Shown here piece by piece: positions 14,607 to 32,942 of a stretch of DNA of 64,000 bases. Position 1 is the first letter of the stretch, and every line of letters starts with the position of its first letter. This stretch comes from the human T2T-CHM13v2.0 reference genome, Homo sapiens: assembly GCF_009914755.1 (NCBI RefSeq), contig NC_060927.1; one strand, given 5' to 3'. The notes under the pieces were generated by a model that was given only the letters and a program-made list of their open reading frames with translations, searched no databases and was not told the origin of the DNA. A program made the translations under genes and the position numbers.

Positions 14607-16088
14607 TTTCCTTTTAGAGGATAATGATATTTAAATCCAAGATTTGGGTGCTGGGTATCCTCATTACTATGTGGGAACCACTCCCCCCAGGCTCTCTCAG
14701 TGGACAGAGTTAGGAAATATATATTCATCCAATTTATATCTCTTTATATTTCTCTATCTTTCTATCTATTAAAAATAATGAGTTTGCACTAATACCTAAA
14801 ATTCTAATCAAACACCACAGAGAGTTTTCTCCCTTTTCATATTTGCAACATTTTTGTGTTAATGAGAAACATGGCTTTTATTATTCTTAAGGTATTTACC
14901 TATTTGACCGATTGCCCTGTATTGAACCAATCTCCCATTGCTGCCATTGTGCCTTCCTCTGACAGATGTCCTCCGCACCCCACCTGGGCTCTGATGCTCC
15001 TTATTGGGCTGCCCTCCTGCAGGAGCACCCTCATCCTGTTTGGGGTTGAACAGTCTATGTCTGAACTTGCCTCTCTTTGGATGCCTCCTCATTCTGCCAA
15101 TCCCCTGTCTCTCCACAGTGTTCCCTCCCTGTCTGAAACCTCTCCTCACAGTGCTCAGGCTCTGATCCCTTTCTCTGGGCCATCTTGGATGAAAACCCTC
15201 CCCTATTAGGATGCCTACTTTTCTCTGTCTTACCCAGTTAGTTTAGCTTAATGTTCAGTAAGGAAAAAGAAGGAAAAGGGAAGAGGGCCTGATCTTTCAT
15301 GTCCCTCAGTAAACTTTATAATTTCATTGTTAACTTTCTTAGATTTCTAGCTATTTTATATTTTTGCTTGTATGGTGCATATTTATTTTCTTTTTTCTAT
15401 TTTCTCCCTTTATTGCTGGTACATAGATAAGTTTTTATTTGTATGTTGAGTGTTTAATTTATAAGCGACCAAGCTCTTGATCATTTTGCTCCCTCCTTAT
15501 ATCTATTTAATTGAGCTCTTCCTAAAACATCAGTTGTCCCATCACTTTATGCGTAATGGAAGTTTCCTTGAACTGATACTTCTTGGTAGTTGAGAAGCTC
15601 CTGGCTTAGGTTATATAATTAGTATTTATGGGAAACAAGTTACTTAAATAAAAGTGTCCCTAAAAATTCATTAATTAATTAGCATTAAGATTTGTTTATG
15701 ATTTACTATATAAAATGATGAAATATAGAAGAGTGAGGCCCTTTTAAAAGTATTTAAGAATCAGCCAAAATACTGCTTGCTATTTAAGCTTAGATTCTTT
15801 TCTTCCAGACTGTAGAAGTAGAAAATACATGATTATTCAGAATTCTAGAATCGACTTTAATCCAAAATCCTTAACTAGAAAGTGGGGGTCAGGAGAGGTG
15901 GGGAATTAGAAAATTACAACTATGTGTTATAGTTTATATCAGATAATGTTTAGACATATTCAAATTACTCAAAATATTTTCTCAAGTTTCCTTTTTTCAT
16001 AAAATCTTTAAAAGTAGCAAAAAGTATAGCAAAGTAGATTCTAATGTTCATATTCTTATTCCTAATATAATACATGAGTTCTTTGTAG

Positions 16089-16205
16089 TAGTGGTTTTCA
16101 AATTTTAACATGCATATGAATTACCAGGTAATGGGGCTAGGAAATTGCATTTTGATCAAACACTGCAGGTGATTACAATTCATGGGCCTCACTTAAGAAA
16201 CACTG
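16089..16205. mobile_element. MER5-like hAT MITE (internally deleted)
   Basis: TIRs tagtggttttcaaa ... ttaagaaacactg. Confidence 0.55.
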
Positions 16206-16776
16206 ATTTAGAGTGAAACAATATTTGAATAAATGTTTCAAGTAGTATACTTTTGTTTAAAGTGCAGACAAAGAGTAAACACACTATTTCTAGTGATTAT
16301 ATCATTATTCAGGGAATACAGGACATCATGTAGTTGGAGACAATTGCACTCTCTACAATCTACTTTCAGAATAAGCTGTTGATGTTCACCAGCTCTCTAG
16401 GATCAAGAGCTAAGTTCCTTGAATGTTCCTGTCCTTTCTGAGGTTCTTAGTAAAATGACACCCTATAAAATAGTCTAAAAGGAGTTATAAAGCCACTCTA
16501 TTTTGTAGTTATTTATCCAATTTTCAGTGTTTAAGAAGCTTTCTATTAGGCAAGAGTAGGTTCAGAATTATCTGTGAATAGCTGCCAAATAATGGTTGTT
16601 GTTGGAAACTCCTAAGTGTAGCACATGCTTTAGAGGAAATTTTTTGGTCATTTGGTCTAATGTAAAACTTAAAAGGTGGCCTGAAATTCACCCACCATTT
16701 GAAAATACGTAGTTGCTCAGTTCCGTGTCACTAATTCTCTGCTTTCTCTTTGCTTTCTGACACTTCTGAGGAGCAG

Positions 16777-16845
16777 ACCTGTGAAGCTTGAGGCCACTCA
16801 AGTTCCAAATTTGTGACAAATCCCCCAGGGCTCACTGGAGTGGCA
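16777..16845 (+). other. Candidate non-coding exon (5'UTR or lncRNA)
   Basis: Branch-like CACTAAT at 16729-16735, AG-free pyrimidine tract to 16768, acceptor AG at 16770 or 16776, donor GCA|GTAAGT at 16846; non-repetitive context; stop codons in all three frames. Confidence 0.5.
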
Positions 16846-17319
16846 GTAAGTTCTCGCAGTTTGATTTCCTTTCAATCACTGAAGTGTTAGAAAAGTAGTA
16901 ACAAAAGCTCCCACGGCAAAACAGCAATTCTGTTTCCTGACCATCCACCATAGTCATGACTTACCTCTTTTGTTCCATTGATTTTTCTGTTGAACAATTT
17001 TAATACTTTTAGCCATACAATATGCAGTATAGTTTTGACAAGCTGGCATAATCCTTTAACCATGCTTTGAGTGTACACTTTTTCTCCTTCTACCCCCATA
17101 ACCTGCCATAGAAAAACTGATTTTATTTTTGAAAATTTCTTTCCCTTTTTCAGCTATTATTTTCACTTAAATATATAATGTTTTTATGTTACAAAGTTTG
17201 ATTCTCTTTTGATGATATATACATACACACACATATATGAAAATCTTATGTTCACGGAAGCGTTATGTTGTGATATTTATAATCACTTCAATAAAGTCAT
17301 TTTTAGAAAAAAAAATGTA

Positions 17320-17654
<335 letters not shown>

Positions 17655-18324
17655 TCAACAAGGAAGGCTAACATCATTTTTAATGAGAGAAGAATATTTT
17701 AAAGAAGAAATAATGGCTTTTGGGTCAGAAAGAACCACTGATATCAAACTGACTCTCTGTTCTTTGTAACTAAACCCCAAACCAAACTGATTAACCTACA
17801 GCCGCAAGAACAAAATCAAACAACACATGATGTATGTTATTAGAGCATGTCTATAACTCGCTTTTTACATCAATTTACCAAACACTGAGTGAACCCAGCA
17901 CTTGTTGAGAAGAAAAGACAGAAATGATTATTTAGCCTTTGCTAAGAAATTAAGAAATCAGTTTTAAATGACCAGCATTAAAAGCAAAACAATTTTTCAT
18001 TGTCACCATCCAAATATGCTAAGAAGGAAACATCTAGAATATATTTCCCAATATTAAAATTATTTCAGAGTAGTTATAAACAAACAGAAGACTGCTCCAC
18101 CTCACACAATTTTGTTTATTCTGGTTAGTGGCTCCCATTCTTTGGCAAATAATGTATGGCACACACATGAGTTCTGGAACATGTTTTAATAACTCTTAAT
18201 TTCCTACCACTCATGACCCATCTGTCATGATTTGAGGACCTTACATTAGGGAAGTCAAATAGGGAAGACTGTGTGTTTGTGACCAAGAGCATTAATTTTA
18301 GGCGTGGTTTAACTATGTGTCCCA

Positions 18325-18830
18325 TTAATTCCATATCTACAGGTTTTTATCTGTAACTCAACCCAGCCAGATCCATGTTCTCCTCTTCTTTGTCTTGTTG
18401 TATGCCTTGAGAAGCTAACCTTGACTTCTATAAGTTACATCCACCCAGGCCCCCTTGATAGTTGGCTTCTTTTAAAAATCCAACAAATGCAAGACAATGG
18501 TAGGAGAACAGAGTGTAAGAGAGAGAGTTTGGGTTAAAACCCCATCCCCGCCATTCTTTCCTGCTCTAAGCCATGATTTCTAGCAGTTACTACATCTTTT
18601 TATCACTATGACCCAGGTTGGGTGGCCTTTTTCTATGCCTCCAGCTCTAACTGTACTCCAGTAACACTATTTTTCTCTTGCCCTTAGGCCAGTCATAACC
18701 TCTTTCTATTGTCATTCCCTTGGTGCTGCAATGTTCCTTTTTATTTTTCTTCACCCTGTCCAGATCTAAAGTCATCCTTATTAAAACTTCTTGAAGTAGA
18801 TTCTGATTCCTGCATGACTGACTCAGACAT
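18325..18830. mobile_element. Ancient ERVL LTR (LTR33-like)
   Basis: gagaagctaacc...acatccacccaggcccccttga...ggcttc...aggagaacagag resembles LTR33; heavily diverged. Confidence 0.4.
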
Positions 18831-19550
18831 TAGCAATAAGAAGCACTACATAAAACATTTGACTGTCAAGATTCCATTTTTGGATGTAGAAATAAGATGA
18901 GAAACCTGAGGAAAATTCCCAAGTCGTGATCTGTTTAGAAAGTACCTATACTTGGAATAATTTGACTGTTGCTTCCTCCTGCTCTTTATCCCCTGGTTTC
19001 TTAATTATCACAGCTAGATGTTCAGCTGTTGGTATTGTCTGTCACCGCCAATACCACATGTGTCTATTGTGGCCATAACTACTGCTTTCTGAGAGGACTT
19101 GGTCATCTACTGTAAAGACCTGATTACTCACTGTGACCAGAAGCCCTTTAAGATTGAATGAAGGAAGATGAGGCTTTTTCAGCTACATTATTAAAAGACA
19201 GTTGCAGCTGCAATAAAACATGCATTGGAATTTATTCAGCACTCCTGTGTGCAGCCCCTTGCTCCTCCTGCTTTTGAACGTTGATGGATATGACATTGTG
19301 TCTAATCTCAGTTGTATTCTATGGTACTTGTCTTGGAGCTGGTTCTCTGACTTGACTCTTCATTTAGCTTAGTGGACTTGATTTCCTCTCATTTGACTAC
19401 CAACTTTTGATTTTCTTTAAATCTTGCCTCCAGACTACAAACATGCCAAGTATCGTGCATCGTGTGTTGTTTCTTTCATTGCCGTTCCTGCCACCATCAC
19501 TCTTGGCTTTGCCTCTGCTGCTGCCATTACTTTCACCACCCCCACCCACC

Positions 19551-19585
19551 AACACACACACACACAGATATGCACACACACACAC
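19551..19585. repeat. (CA)n microsatellite
   Basis: Directly visible. Confidence 0.85.
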
Positions 19586-21317
19586 GTGCTGTATTGTGTT
19601 ACAGACAAAGGTCTGCTATCTTTGCCTTCCTGATCCTGCCTTCCCTACTATCAGTCACCCTTTAACCACTGCCACCATCCCCTCTACCATCAAACTAGCA
19701 ATTTACTGGTCTTTTTCTTTCATTTCAGCCCTTAGACTGAGTTTCCAAGTATCCAAGTCCCCAATGATTATAAAATTTGTTACTTTGGATTTTTTTTTAA
19801 CATTGCAGATTTATTATCAAGGGAAGTGAGTCCTGAAGGATTCATTCATTTGGGGTTTATAGCAGATAGACATGAATATATTTCTCTCTTAAAAAAACAG
19901 AAATAAGCCTTTGATGGTTTGGTTATTTTGACATAACTTTCACTTTAATGGTGGTTTTTTCCCCCTTTGGACTGTATTTCCAAATCAAAACCCTTTTAAT
20001 TTGATGATGGAGAAAATCTTATATCCTAGATGCATAAATGTTTTGTGTTGTAAAGTTTCTATATCAGAAACCCAATTTCCTGGTTAAGATAGGAATATAG
20101 TTTTAAAAAGGTGAAAAAAAATGAGCCTTATACATATCGTCTTTCCTATTAAAAGTATACAAGGAAAAAAATGGCAGAAATGAAGGAAATAACTAAGTTA
20201 AAGAGACATGCCAACTTGATCCAGAATTTCTTCCCTGGATCCTGGGCTCACAGATCCAATATGCAGTCTTTTTTAAACAGTATGCAATATAGTGCTCTTA
20301 TTTTTAAAAATAATATGATTCTAATATTGATACCTGTTATAATTATGAATCACTGATAAAAAGTTTTAATTTTTCACTTTTATTTTCAAAGTTTAGAGCT
20401 GAAATTATTAAGAAAATATAGAAAAACTGCGGAAGATTTAGGGATCATTAATAGTCTCTCACACGTTTCAAAATGGGATTCTAAAGAAAGATTAAAGGAA
20501 TTAGAAATATTCAGTAGACAGAAAAGATAAAGATACAGTTGCCTTCAGGGAGTTAATGGGTACTGGATGTTCCTTTTTCTTCCTTGAATGTAAGAAGAGG
20601 GAACAGTGTTATATGTTAGCAAGAAAAGTAAAAACCATAGTTATCGTGTGGACATTTTCAGGATTATCTCTTCTGAAGTTCCTTAAAGATAGACTTATCT
20701 GGGAAATATTTCAGTATTTTCCAAATTCAATTCAGTAGAGACACAATTTATCAGAGATACTCACTTTCTAAGATTTCCTTGGTCAAAACAGCTTGACAAA
20801 TATCTCATATTAAATTCCTCTCTTGGATATTAGCAATCTGGATTAGCATATTTAAGAAAAATTTCTGGAAAGAAAAGAGCTGTTGAAGTCTGTTTAATGC
20901 TTAGGCAACAAAGTTTGTTTGCACAAGGGAAGAATTTTTTCCCCCATAGCACATATCACATTCTTTAGTTTCCTCTTAACACCTGTTCAAGAAGCACTGG
21001 TTTAAAGCCTGGAGAATGAATTTCTAAACCTGTTGAGGCTCATTGTTGAGTTTTAGTATTATATTAACAAATGGTTATAAACTTGTGAAATTTAATCCAA
21101 TGGATGAATGGGAGCCAAATAAGAAATATGCGGGAAACTATATAGAGGAATTATTTTGAGGTTGAGTAAATGTGTTATGCTCCTATTCCCATAAAATGTG
21201 TCCCAAGGTGTAGAACACAAGGAAAAATGTGCTCATCTCACATCTTTGAAGAAGCTGAAGTTTATTTCTTATTGTTAAAAGGACTGCTCATTCACCTGCA
21301 AAAAAAAAAAAAAAGTA

Positions 21318-23651
21318 CAGGAACACCTTGGATATATTGTAGGTTTTGTTCCACATCACTGCAATAAAGCAAATATTGCAGTAAAATGAATCACACAATT
21401 TTTTTTGTTTCTCTAGTGCATATAAAAGTTATGTTTACACTATATTGTAGTCAATTAAGCATGCAATACCACTGAATCTAAAAAAAAAGCAAAATACGTA
21501 TCTTAATTTAAAAATACTTAAAGCTAAAATGCTAATGGTTATTTGAGCCTTCAGTGAGTCTTAATCTTTTTATTGCTGGAGGGTCTTGCCTTGATGTTTA
21601 TGGCTACTGACTGATCAGAGTGGTGGTTGCTAAAAATTGGGGTGACTCTGGGAACTTTTTCAAATAAGACAGCAATGAAGTTTGCTGCATCAGTTGATTC
21701 TTCCTTTTAGGAAAGATTTCTTTGTATCATGCAAGTCAGTTTGGTAGGATTTTACCCACAGTAGAATTTCTTTCAAAATTAGAGTCAATTCTCTCTCTTA
21801 GTTGCTTTATCAAGTAAGTTTATGTGATGTACTAAATCCTTTGTTATCATTTCAACAATGTTTAGAGCATCTTTACCAGGAGTAGATTTCATGTCTTTGA
21901 CATCCACAAGATGCAACTCCTCATCCATTCAAGTTTGTTCATGACATTGCAGCAATTCATTCATATCTTTAGACTCTACTTTTAATTCTAGTTTTTTTGC
22001 TATTTTTTTTAACCAAATCTGCAGTTACTTCCTCCACTGAAGACTTAAACCACTCAAAGTCATCCATGAGGGTTGGAATGAACTTATTTTTGCTAATGTT
22101 GATATTTTGATCTCCTCCTGTGAATCACAAATGTTCTCAGTGGCACCTAGGATGGTAAATCTTTGGAAGAAGGTTTTCCATTTACTTTGCCCAGATCCAT
22201 TAGAGAAATCACTATCTATGGCAGTGGTAGCCTTACAGTGTATTTCTTAAATAATAAGACTTGAAAGTTGAAATTCCCTCTTAATCTATGGGGTACAGAA
22301 TGAATGTTGTGTGAGCAGGCATGAAAACGACATTAATCTTGTACATCTACATCAGAGCTCTTGAGTGACTAGGTGCGTTGTCAATGAGCAGTAATATTTT
22401 GAAAAGATAGGTCTGAACTGTAGGCTTAATATATTCAGTAATCCATGCTGTAAAGAGATGTGCTGTCATCCAGGCTTTATTATTCTATTTATAGAGCACA
22501 GGCAGAGTAGATTTAGCATAATTCGTAAGGATCTTAGGACTTTCACAATGATAAATGACCAGTGGTTTCAATATAAAGTCTCTAGCTGCATTAGCCCCTA
22601 ACAAAAGAGCCAGTCTTTCTTTTGAAGCCTGCAAGCCAGACATTGACTTCTCTCTAGCTATGAAAGTCTTAGATGGTATCTTCTTCTAATAGAAGGCTGT
22701 TTCACTGACATTGAAAATTTGTTGCTTTCTATAGCCACCTTCCTGAATGATCTTCCGGATAAATGGTGCAGCTTCTACACCAGGACTTTCTGCTTCACCT
22801 TGCACTTTTACGTTATAGGAATGTCTTCTTTCCTTCAACCTCATGAACCAGTCTCTGCTAGCTTCCAGCTTTCCTTCTGTAGTCTCCTAACCTCTCTCAG
22901 CCTTCACAGAATTGAAGAGTTAGGGCCTTGCTGTGGGTTAGGCTTTAGCTTAGTGGAATTTTGTAGGTGGTTTGATCTTTTATCCAGACTACTAAAACTT
23001 TCTTCATATCAGCAATAACGCGTTGTTTTGCTTTCTTAACATTTTTGTGTTCAGTGGAGTCACACTTTTAATTTTCTTCACGATCTTTTCCTTTGCATTT
23101 ACAACTTAGCTAACCATTTGAAACAAGAGCCCTAGCTTTTGGCCTATTTTGGTTTTAGGCATCCCTTCCTCACCAAACTTAAGTATTTCTAGTTTTGATT
23201 GAAGGTGAGATATATGTGACTCTCCTTTCACTTGAACAGTGAGGGACCATTGTAGGATTATTAATTGGCCTAGTTTCAGTATTGTTGTGTCTCTGGTAAT
23301 AGGGAGGCAGGAGGAGAGGCAGAGAGATAGGGAAATGATGGTTAGTGGAGCAGTCAGAACACACATATTTGTCAGTTAAGTCTGCCATCTTTGTGGATGG
23401 GGTTTCCAACACCCGGGCACAATCACAATGGAAACATCAAAGATCACTGATCACAGATCAACGTAACAGATGTCATAATAATGAAAAAGTTGAAATACAT
23501 GAGAAGTGCCACACAAAGTGAGCACATGCTGTTGGGAAAATGACACCAATCAATTTGGCTAATTCAGAGTTGCCATAAACTTCCAATTTGTGAAAAATAC
23601 ATTCTCTGCAAAGCCCAGTAAAAAGAAGTGTGATCAAACAAGGTATGCCTG
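21318..23651 (-). mobile_element. Tigger1 (TcMar/pogo) DNA transposon, near full-length, transposase disrupted
   Basis: TA + caggaacaccttgg... to ...aaacaaggtatgcctg + TA; transposase remnants in minus ORFs (CSSERR..., KLEILKFGEEGMPKTKIGQKLGLL). Confidence 0.93.
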
Positions 23652-24855
23652 TATTTGAAGTATACATTAAATCTGTTAAACCACCAAGTCATGATGTAAA
23701 TTCCTGGTTGCCTTCTGTATTAATCTAATTTTAATATTTTGAAATGAACCTGAAAAATCTGTATTGTAGGAAGTCAAGGTGTGTATTAGCCCCTTTAACT
23801 TCAAAACCATGACATTTGCAGTCAAATTATGTAAAAATATGTATAAACAGCAATTAAATTTGGAGTAATGAATGTGTCTTTGCAAGTTAGAAAAATGCCA
23901 ATAACATTTGGGATCTTAAATCTGTTACGCAGTTTTCAATGTGCAGTGATTTGTGTTGAGTGCATTGCCTGTTTATTTTTGATTTTAAAATCATTAATTA
24001 TTGAAAATCTTAATGCTATAAAAAACTAAGTGGGGTTTTTCGTGTATAAAGAGTATTGAGTTATTTCCATTGTATTTAAAATGTATCAAATGTTTATTTT
24101 TCATGTAAAATTACTGATCATATTTTCTATCAAACAAGTTTTTCATTATACAGTTAAATTGGTTTCATCTCTCCTTTTAATAAAGCAGATCACATTGTTC
24201 CTGAATCCAGCCAAAAATAATGTGTAACATTCAACGTGTGTAATATTCTCCAAGGAAAAAGAGATTCCTGCAGGCTAATTTTTGTAACTTCACTTTGTTA
24301 GCATATAAATGACTGGATAGGGATGTTTGTATTGAAAGGTTTAAATTTTACACTAGTTTTCTTGTGTACTTTCAGTAATTATTGAGTCTTAATATTAGGC
24401 TAGAAACAACTCTAAAATTATTTTCAAGATTATATTAAAATATTAACTTTTGAAAGTTATTTGATTAATTCTATTAATCAGAGGTCTGCAGGATTTGATA
24501 ATAAATAACATGGCAGACAATATAGCCTAGAGTTTCTGAATTTAAGGATGTTAATAACTTGACTGCTGTTAGTTGTAGTAATAAATCTTTCAAAATTTAT
24601 ACTTCTGCCTGATTAATTATAGTATGACTTGGTCTAACAAGTAAGATACACACATATTACATATATCTTTTAAGTAAGCCAGCAGCCTATAGTACTAAGT
24701 AAATATAATATAATACTATACAACCAGTTTACGGAAATGACAGAGTGGTTTGAAGCCAGTTGGGGTCTATAATAGAACACTTGTGTCAGCAGTCTTTCCA
24801 GGGGAGGCAAATGGCTGTATATTTTAAAGTGGAAACACAAGATTTAAAATTAAAT

Positions 24856-25018
24856 GCCAGTCAGGTGTTGTACCTAGTGGCTATAATCCCTACTACTAGG
24901 AAGACTGAGGTGGGAAGATCACTTGATCACAGGAATTGGAGGCTGCAGTAACCTATGATCATGTCACTGCACTCTAGCCTGGGTGATGGAGCAAGAAGAC
25001 CCTGTCTCCAAAAAAAAA
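24856..25018 (+). mobile_element. Alu monomer (FRAM / AluJ right arm)
   Basis: gaggtgggaagatcacttga...ggaggctgcagt...cactgcactctagcctggg...ccctgtctc followed by an A tail. Confidence 0.8.
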
Positions 25019-26480
25019 GAAGTTTTTTAAAAAAATTGCCCAATTTTTATATTTTTACTTTAATAGTATATATATTATATATATACTATATATATACACA
25101 CTATGACTATATATAGTCATAAAAGGATAAATTGAAGCTCTTTGTGATTAAATTATTAATTTTTTGAAACTGTACTCCCAATACCATTTTATATGACTTT
25201 ATTGATTATGATTTCTGTTGCTTTGATAATTTGAAAATTATTTTCTATTTTTGAAAGCATTTAATGAGAATGGAAAAAGAAGTAAATAAACGTATATATT
25301 GTATGTGCAGTATCAATAAGGATGCACACAGCACATTTTAAAAATTTACTTTCAGACTTAGACTTTTGGTATTTAATTTTCAATTTTCAACAATGTTTAC
25401 TTTTCTGGCAATTTATGAATTTTTGTTGCTTTAGGAAGAAAAACGTGTAAACATTACGCTTAAGGTGCAATTATTTTCTAGAGAACAATTTCATTGTGTT
25501 TTCTTAGTAGAAAGACTATAGTGCTAGTTAAACCCATAACCGTTAATATTGAAAATTGTAATGCTGTAAAGAACTTGAAGGAATCATATTTTTCAAGGTA
25601 ATACAATTTTGAAATAGATAATTTACACCTACTCATGCTTATTCATTGACAGCATATCATTGTATAAATGGCTCACTTAACTGATCAGTGAACATGCATT
25701 CTTGGATAATAACCAACATAAGATTGTATCGATACTTCGGTATTAATTTGCTCATCATTTTTGCTCCAGTCTATTTTTTGTGATATCTGTGTATAATTTT
25801 AACTTGAAAAGATCTGCAAAAAATATAGTTTGAAAAATATCACATATACTGGGCATCTTTCTAAAAAGGCAATATCACTGGAATGCAATACTAAGATTAT
25901 AGGAATTTAGAATTACAGTCTTGTTTATAAAATCCTGACTTAAACATCGTTTTAAAAAGTTTAATGGCTGCTCTTCTAAGGTTGTCATAAAATCACTTTC
26001 ATATTTGATATTATGTTTTATGCCTAGATAAAACGATAGATGTCTGTGGCTCCATATCTGTATAACAGAAGGACAGCAGGTAATGCTGCTCATCAAAATG
26101 AATAGGCTGTAATATCTATAAAATGGAAGATAAAAGTTAGACTTCTGCTTGAATGAAATGAGCACGGGTGTGATTTCATGCAGGTCTGGTATACATTTAT
26201 TTCACCTTCTGCCATCTTTTCTCCCAGTCTGGATAAGGCAACTTCTGCATAGTTGATTTTTAAGCTAAAAATTACAACTATTAATTTAAATACAAATGTG
26301 TGGATTTTGGTCTTTCAAAAAAATATATATATTCACTATTTTACTTTATTTAATTTGGTTCCTTGAAGAAAATGGACATTTCTCAAAAAAGCTAAAACTT
26401 GAAAATGCCCTTACTATATTAGTTTACTTTTTATATTTCCTGGCCTCAATGGCTGGATGGTCACAACTATATATTGCAGT

Positions 26481-26636
26481 GTCTATCTATCTATCTATAT
26501 ATACACATATATACATATGTGTGTGTATATACATGTGTATATATGTGTGTATATATAAATATAAATGTGGATAGATACTGCAGTATATAGTTGTGTGTGT
26601 TTGTATATATATACACACATACTCACACACATATAT
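26481..26636. repeat. (TCTA)/(TA)/(TG)/(CA) compound microsatellite
   Basis: Directly visible. Confidence 0.85.
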
Positions 26637-26747
26637 TACATTTTGTAGCCCTTTAACATTACAGAAAATATTTTCTTTGGTGTTTTATTCTGCTGCTTCA
26701 GGAATGCAATATGCAAGGACTTGTATTAAAAAAAAAAACAAGGACTT

Positions 26748-27091
<344 letters not shown>

Positions 27092-27216
27092 TCAGTTGGT
27101 GTCTTTTGTTTTATTTGGTATTCTAGTAAAATGACCTGTTCCTTAGGTATGGTTAATTAAAGCTTAAGTTAATTAAAGATTAATATCCAGGCTCAAAACT
27201 CTTTATACATGTTTCA

Positions 27217-27330
27217 ATTTACAGAAGCAAAACCTGAGACTTGGAGAGGTTAGATAATTTGCCAATGATCTCATAGCTAGTACATGGCTGAACTGACTCC
27301 AATTCCTGAACATTTTGCTCTTCCCATACA
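27217..27330 (-). mobile_element. MIR fragment
   Basis: tttacagaagcaaaacctgagacttggagaggttagataatttgcc is the MIR core. Confidence 0.6.
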
Positions 27331-28043
27331 GTGAGCTCAATTGGTACCGTCTGCACTAATAGAGTAATGGTTTTAGAGCCTGCTGAGATATGTTGGACAG
27401 TTTTCTTCCACATTAAATGGCTTCAGATTGCTAAAACTTTGGAGCCATTGTGTTTTCTACATATCAGCAGCCTTATTCTTCATTCTTGTTGAACCTAGCA
27501 GGGTTTTCTTTGTGCTTGCACCAGGGAAGCCAAGCATTATTTTAGAACATCAGAAGACAGGGAAGTTTGGGAACACTTTAAGTTCACACTGACCAACCTC
27601 AGATAAGCCCTTAGCAGAACCTGGCAATATGATTGCTCTTCTTTAGTTTCCTGATTTGTGCAATGAGGTTTTCAAAACTTCTCCACCTCTAACAGACATT
27701 TGATCTATCCACCCTTGCCCTTACTGTGAGCAGATTACCCCTGTTTTTGCTTTACAGAGAAAATAAAAGCTATCAGATGCAAATTCCATTAATTTTCCTT
27801 CTTTTTTCTTTTCTTTTTTTCTTTTTTTTTTTACTATTATTATACTTTAAGTTTTAGGGTACATGTGCACAACGTGCAGGTTTGTTACATATGTATACAT
27901 GTGCCATGTTGGTGTGCTGCACCCATCAACTTGTCATTTAGCATTAGGTATATCTCCTAATGCTATCCCTCCCCCCTACCCCCACCCCACAACAGTCCCC
28001 GGTGTGTGATGTTCCCCTTCCTGTGTCCATGTGTTCTCATTGT

Positions 28044-31865
<3,822 letters not shown>

Positions 31866-31928
31866 TCTGATGTTAGCTGGTTATTTTGCTCGTTAGTTGA
31901 TGCAGTTTCTTTCTAGTCCTGATGGTCT

Positions 31929-32942
31929 TTACAATTTGGCATGCTTTTGCAGTGGCTGGTACTGGTTGTTCCTTTCCATGTTTAGTGCTTCCTTCAGGAG
32001 CTCTTTTAGGGCAGGCCTGGTGGTGACAAAATCTCTCAGCATTTGCTTGTCTGTAAAGTATTTTATTTCTCCTTCACTTATGAAGCTTAGTTTGGCTGGA
32101 TATGAAATTCTGGGTTGAAAATTCTTTTCTTTAAGAACGTTGATATTGGCCCCCACTCTCTTCTGGCTTGTAGAGTTTCTGCTGAGAGATCAGCTGTTAG
32201 TCTGATGGGCTTCCCTTTGTGGGTAACCCGACCTTTCTCTCGGGCTGCCCTTAACATTTTTTCCTTCATTTCAACTTTGGTGAATCTGACAATTATGTGT
32301 CTTGGAGTTGCTCTTCTTGAGGAGTATCTTTGTGGCATTCTCTGTATTTCCTGAATGTGAATGTTGGCCTGCATTGCTATATTGGGGAAGTTCTCCTGGA
32401 TAATATCCTGCAGAATGTTTTCCAACTTGGTTCCATTCTCCCCGTCACTTTCAGGTACAACAATCAGACGTAGTTTTGGTCTTTTCACATAGTCCCGTAT
32501 TTCTTGGAGGCTTTGTTCATTTCTTTTTATTCTTTTTTCTCTAAACTTGTATTCACGCTTCATTTCATTCATTTCGTCTTACATAGCTGATACCCTTTCT
32601 TCCAGTTGATCGCGTCGGTTACTGAGGCTTGTGCATTCGTCACGTAGTTCTCGTGCCATGGTTTTCAGCTCCATCAGGTCCCTTAAAGACTTCTCTGCAT
32701 TGGTTATTCTAGTTATCCATTCATCTAATTTTTTTTCAAAGTTTTTAACTTCTTTGTCATTGTTTCGAACTTCCTCCTTTAGCTCAGAGTAGTTTGATCT
32801 TCTGAAGCCTTCTTCTCTCAACTCGTCAAAGTCATTCTCCGTCTAGCTTTGTTCCATTGCTGGTGAGGAGCTGCATTCCTTTGGAGGAGGAGAGGCGCTC
32901 TGATTTTTAGTTTCCAGTTTTTCTGCTCTGTTTTTTCCTCAT
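31929..32942 (-). pseudogene. L1 ORF1p, disrupted
   Basis: ATG at 32942; fragments ELKEEVR...LEERVSAM, NEMKRE...ETLQARREW, FQPRISYPAKLSFISEGEIKYF...QKHAKL in different frames. Confidence 0.92.

Noticed and set aside
14950-15220. GC-richer, degenerate tandem-like block with ORFs on both strands
   Set aside because: It resembles the repeat region of L1MC4/5-type 3' ends and is collinear with the surrounding L1 relic.
16460-16600. MEF2-like ctataaaatag and CArG-like ccaaataatgg upstream of the exon candidate
   Set aside because: Each has one extra A/T relative to the consensus and is expected by chance in AT-rich DNA.
19407-19829. 140-aa ORF with a hydrophobic, signal-like N-terminus
   Set aside because: It has a non-ATG start, runs through a (CA)n repeat and pyrimidine-rich relic DNA, and has no recognisable domain or splice support.
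25063-25121. Perfect 20-bp palindrome tatgactatatatagtcata (25102-25121), and gtgtactatatatagtacac at 3887-3906
   Set aside because: Both are embedded in (TA)n microsatellites, where such palindromes arise readily.
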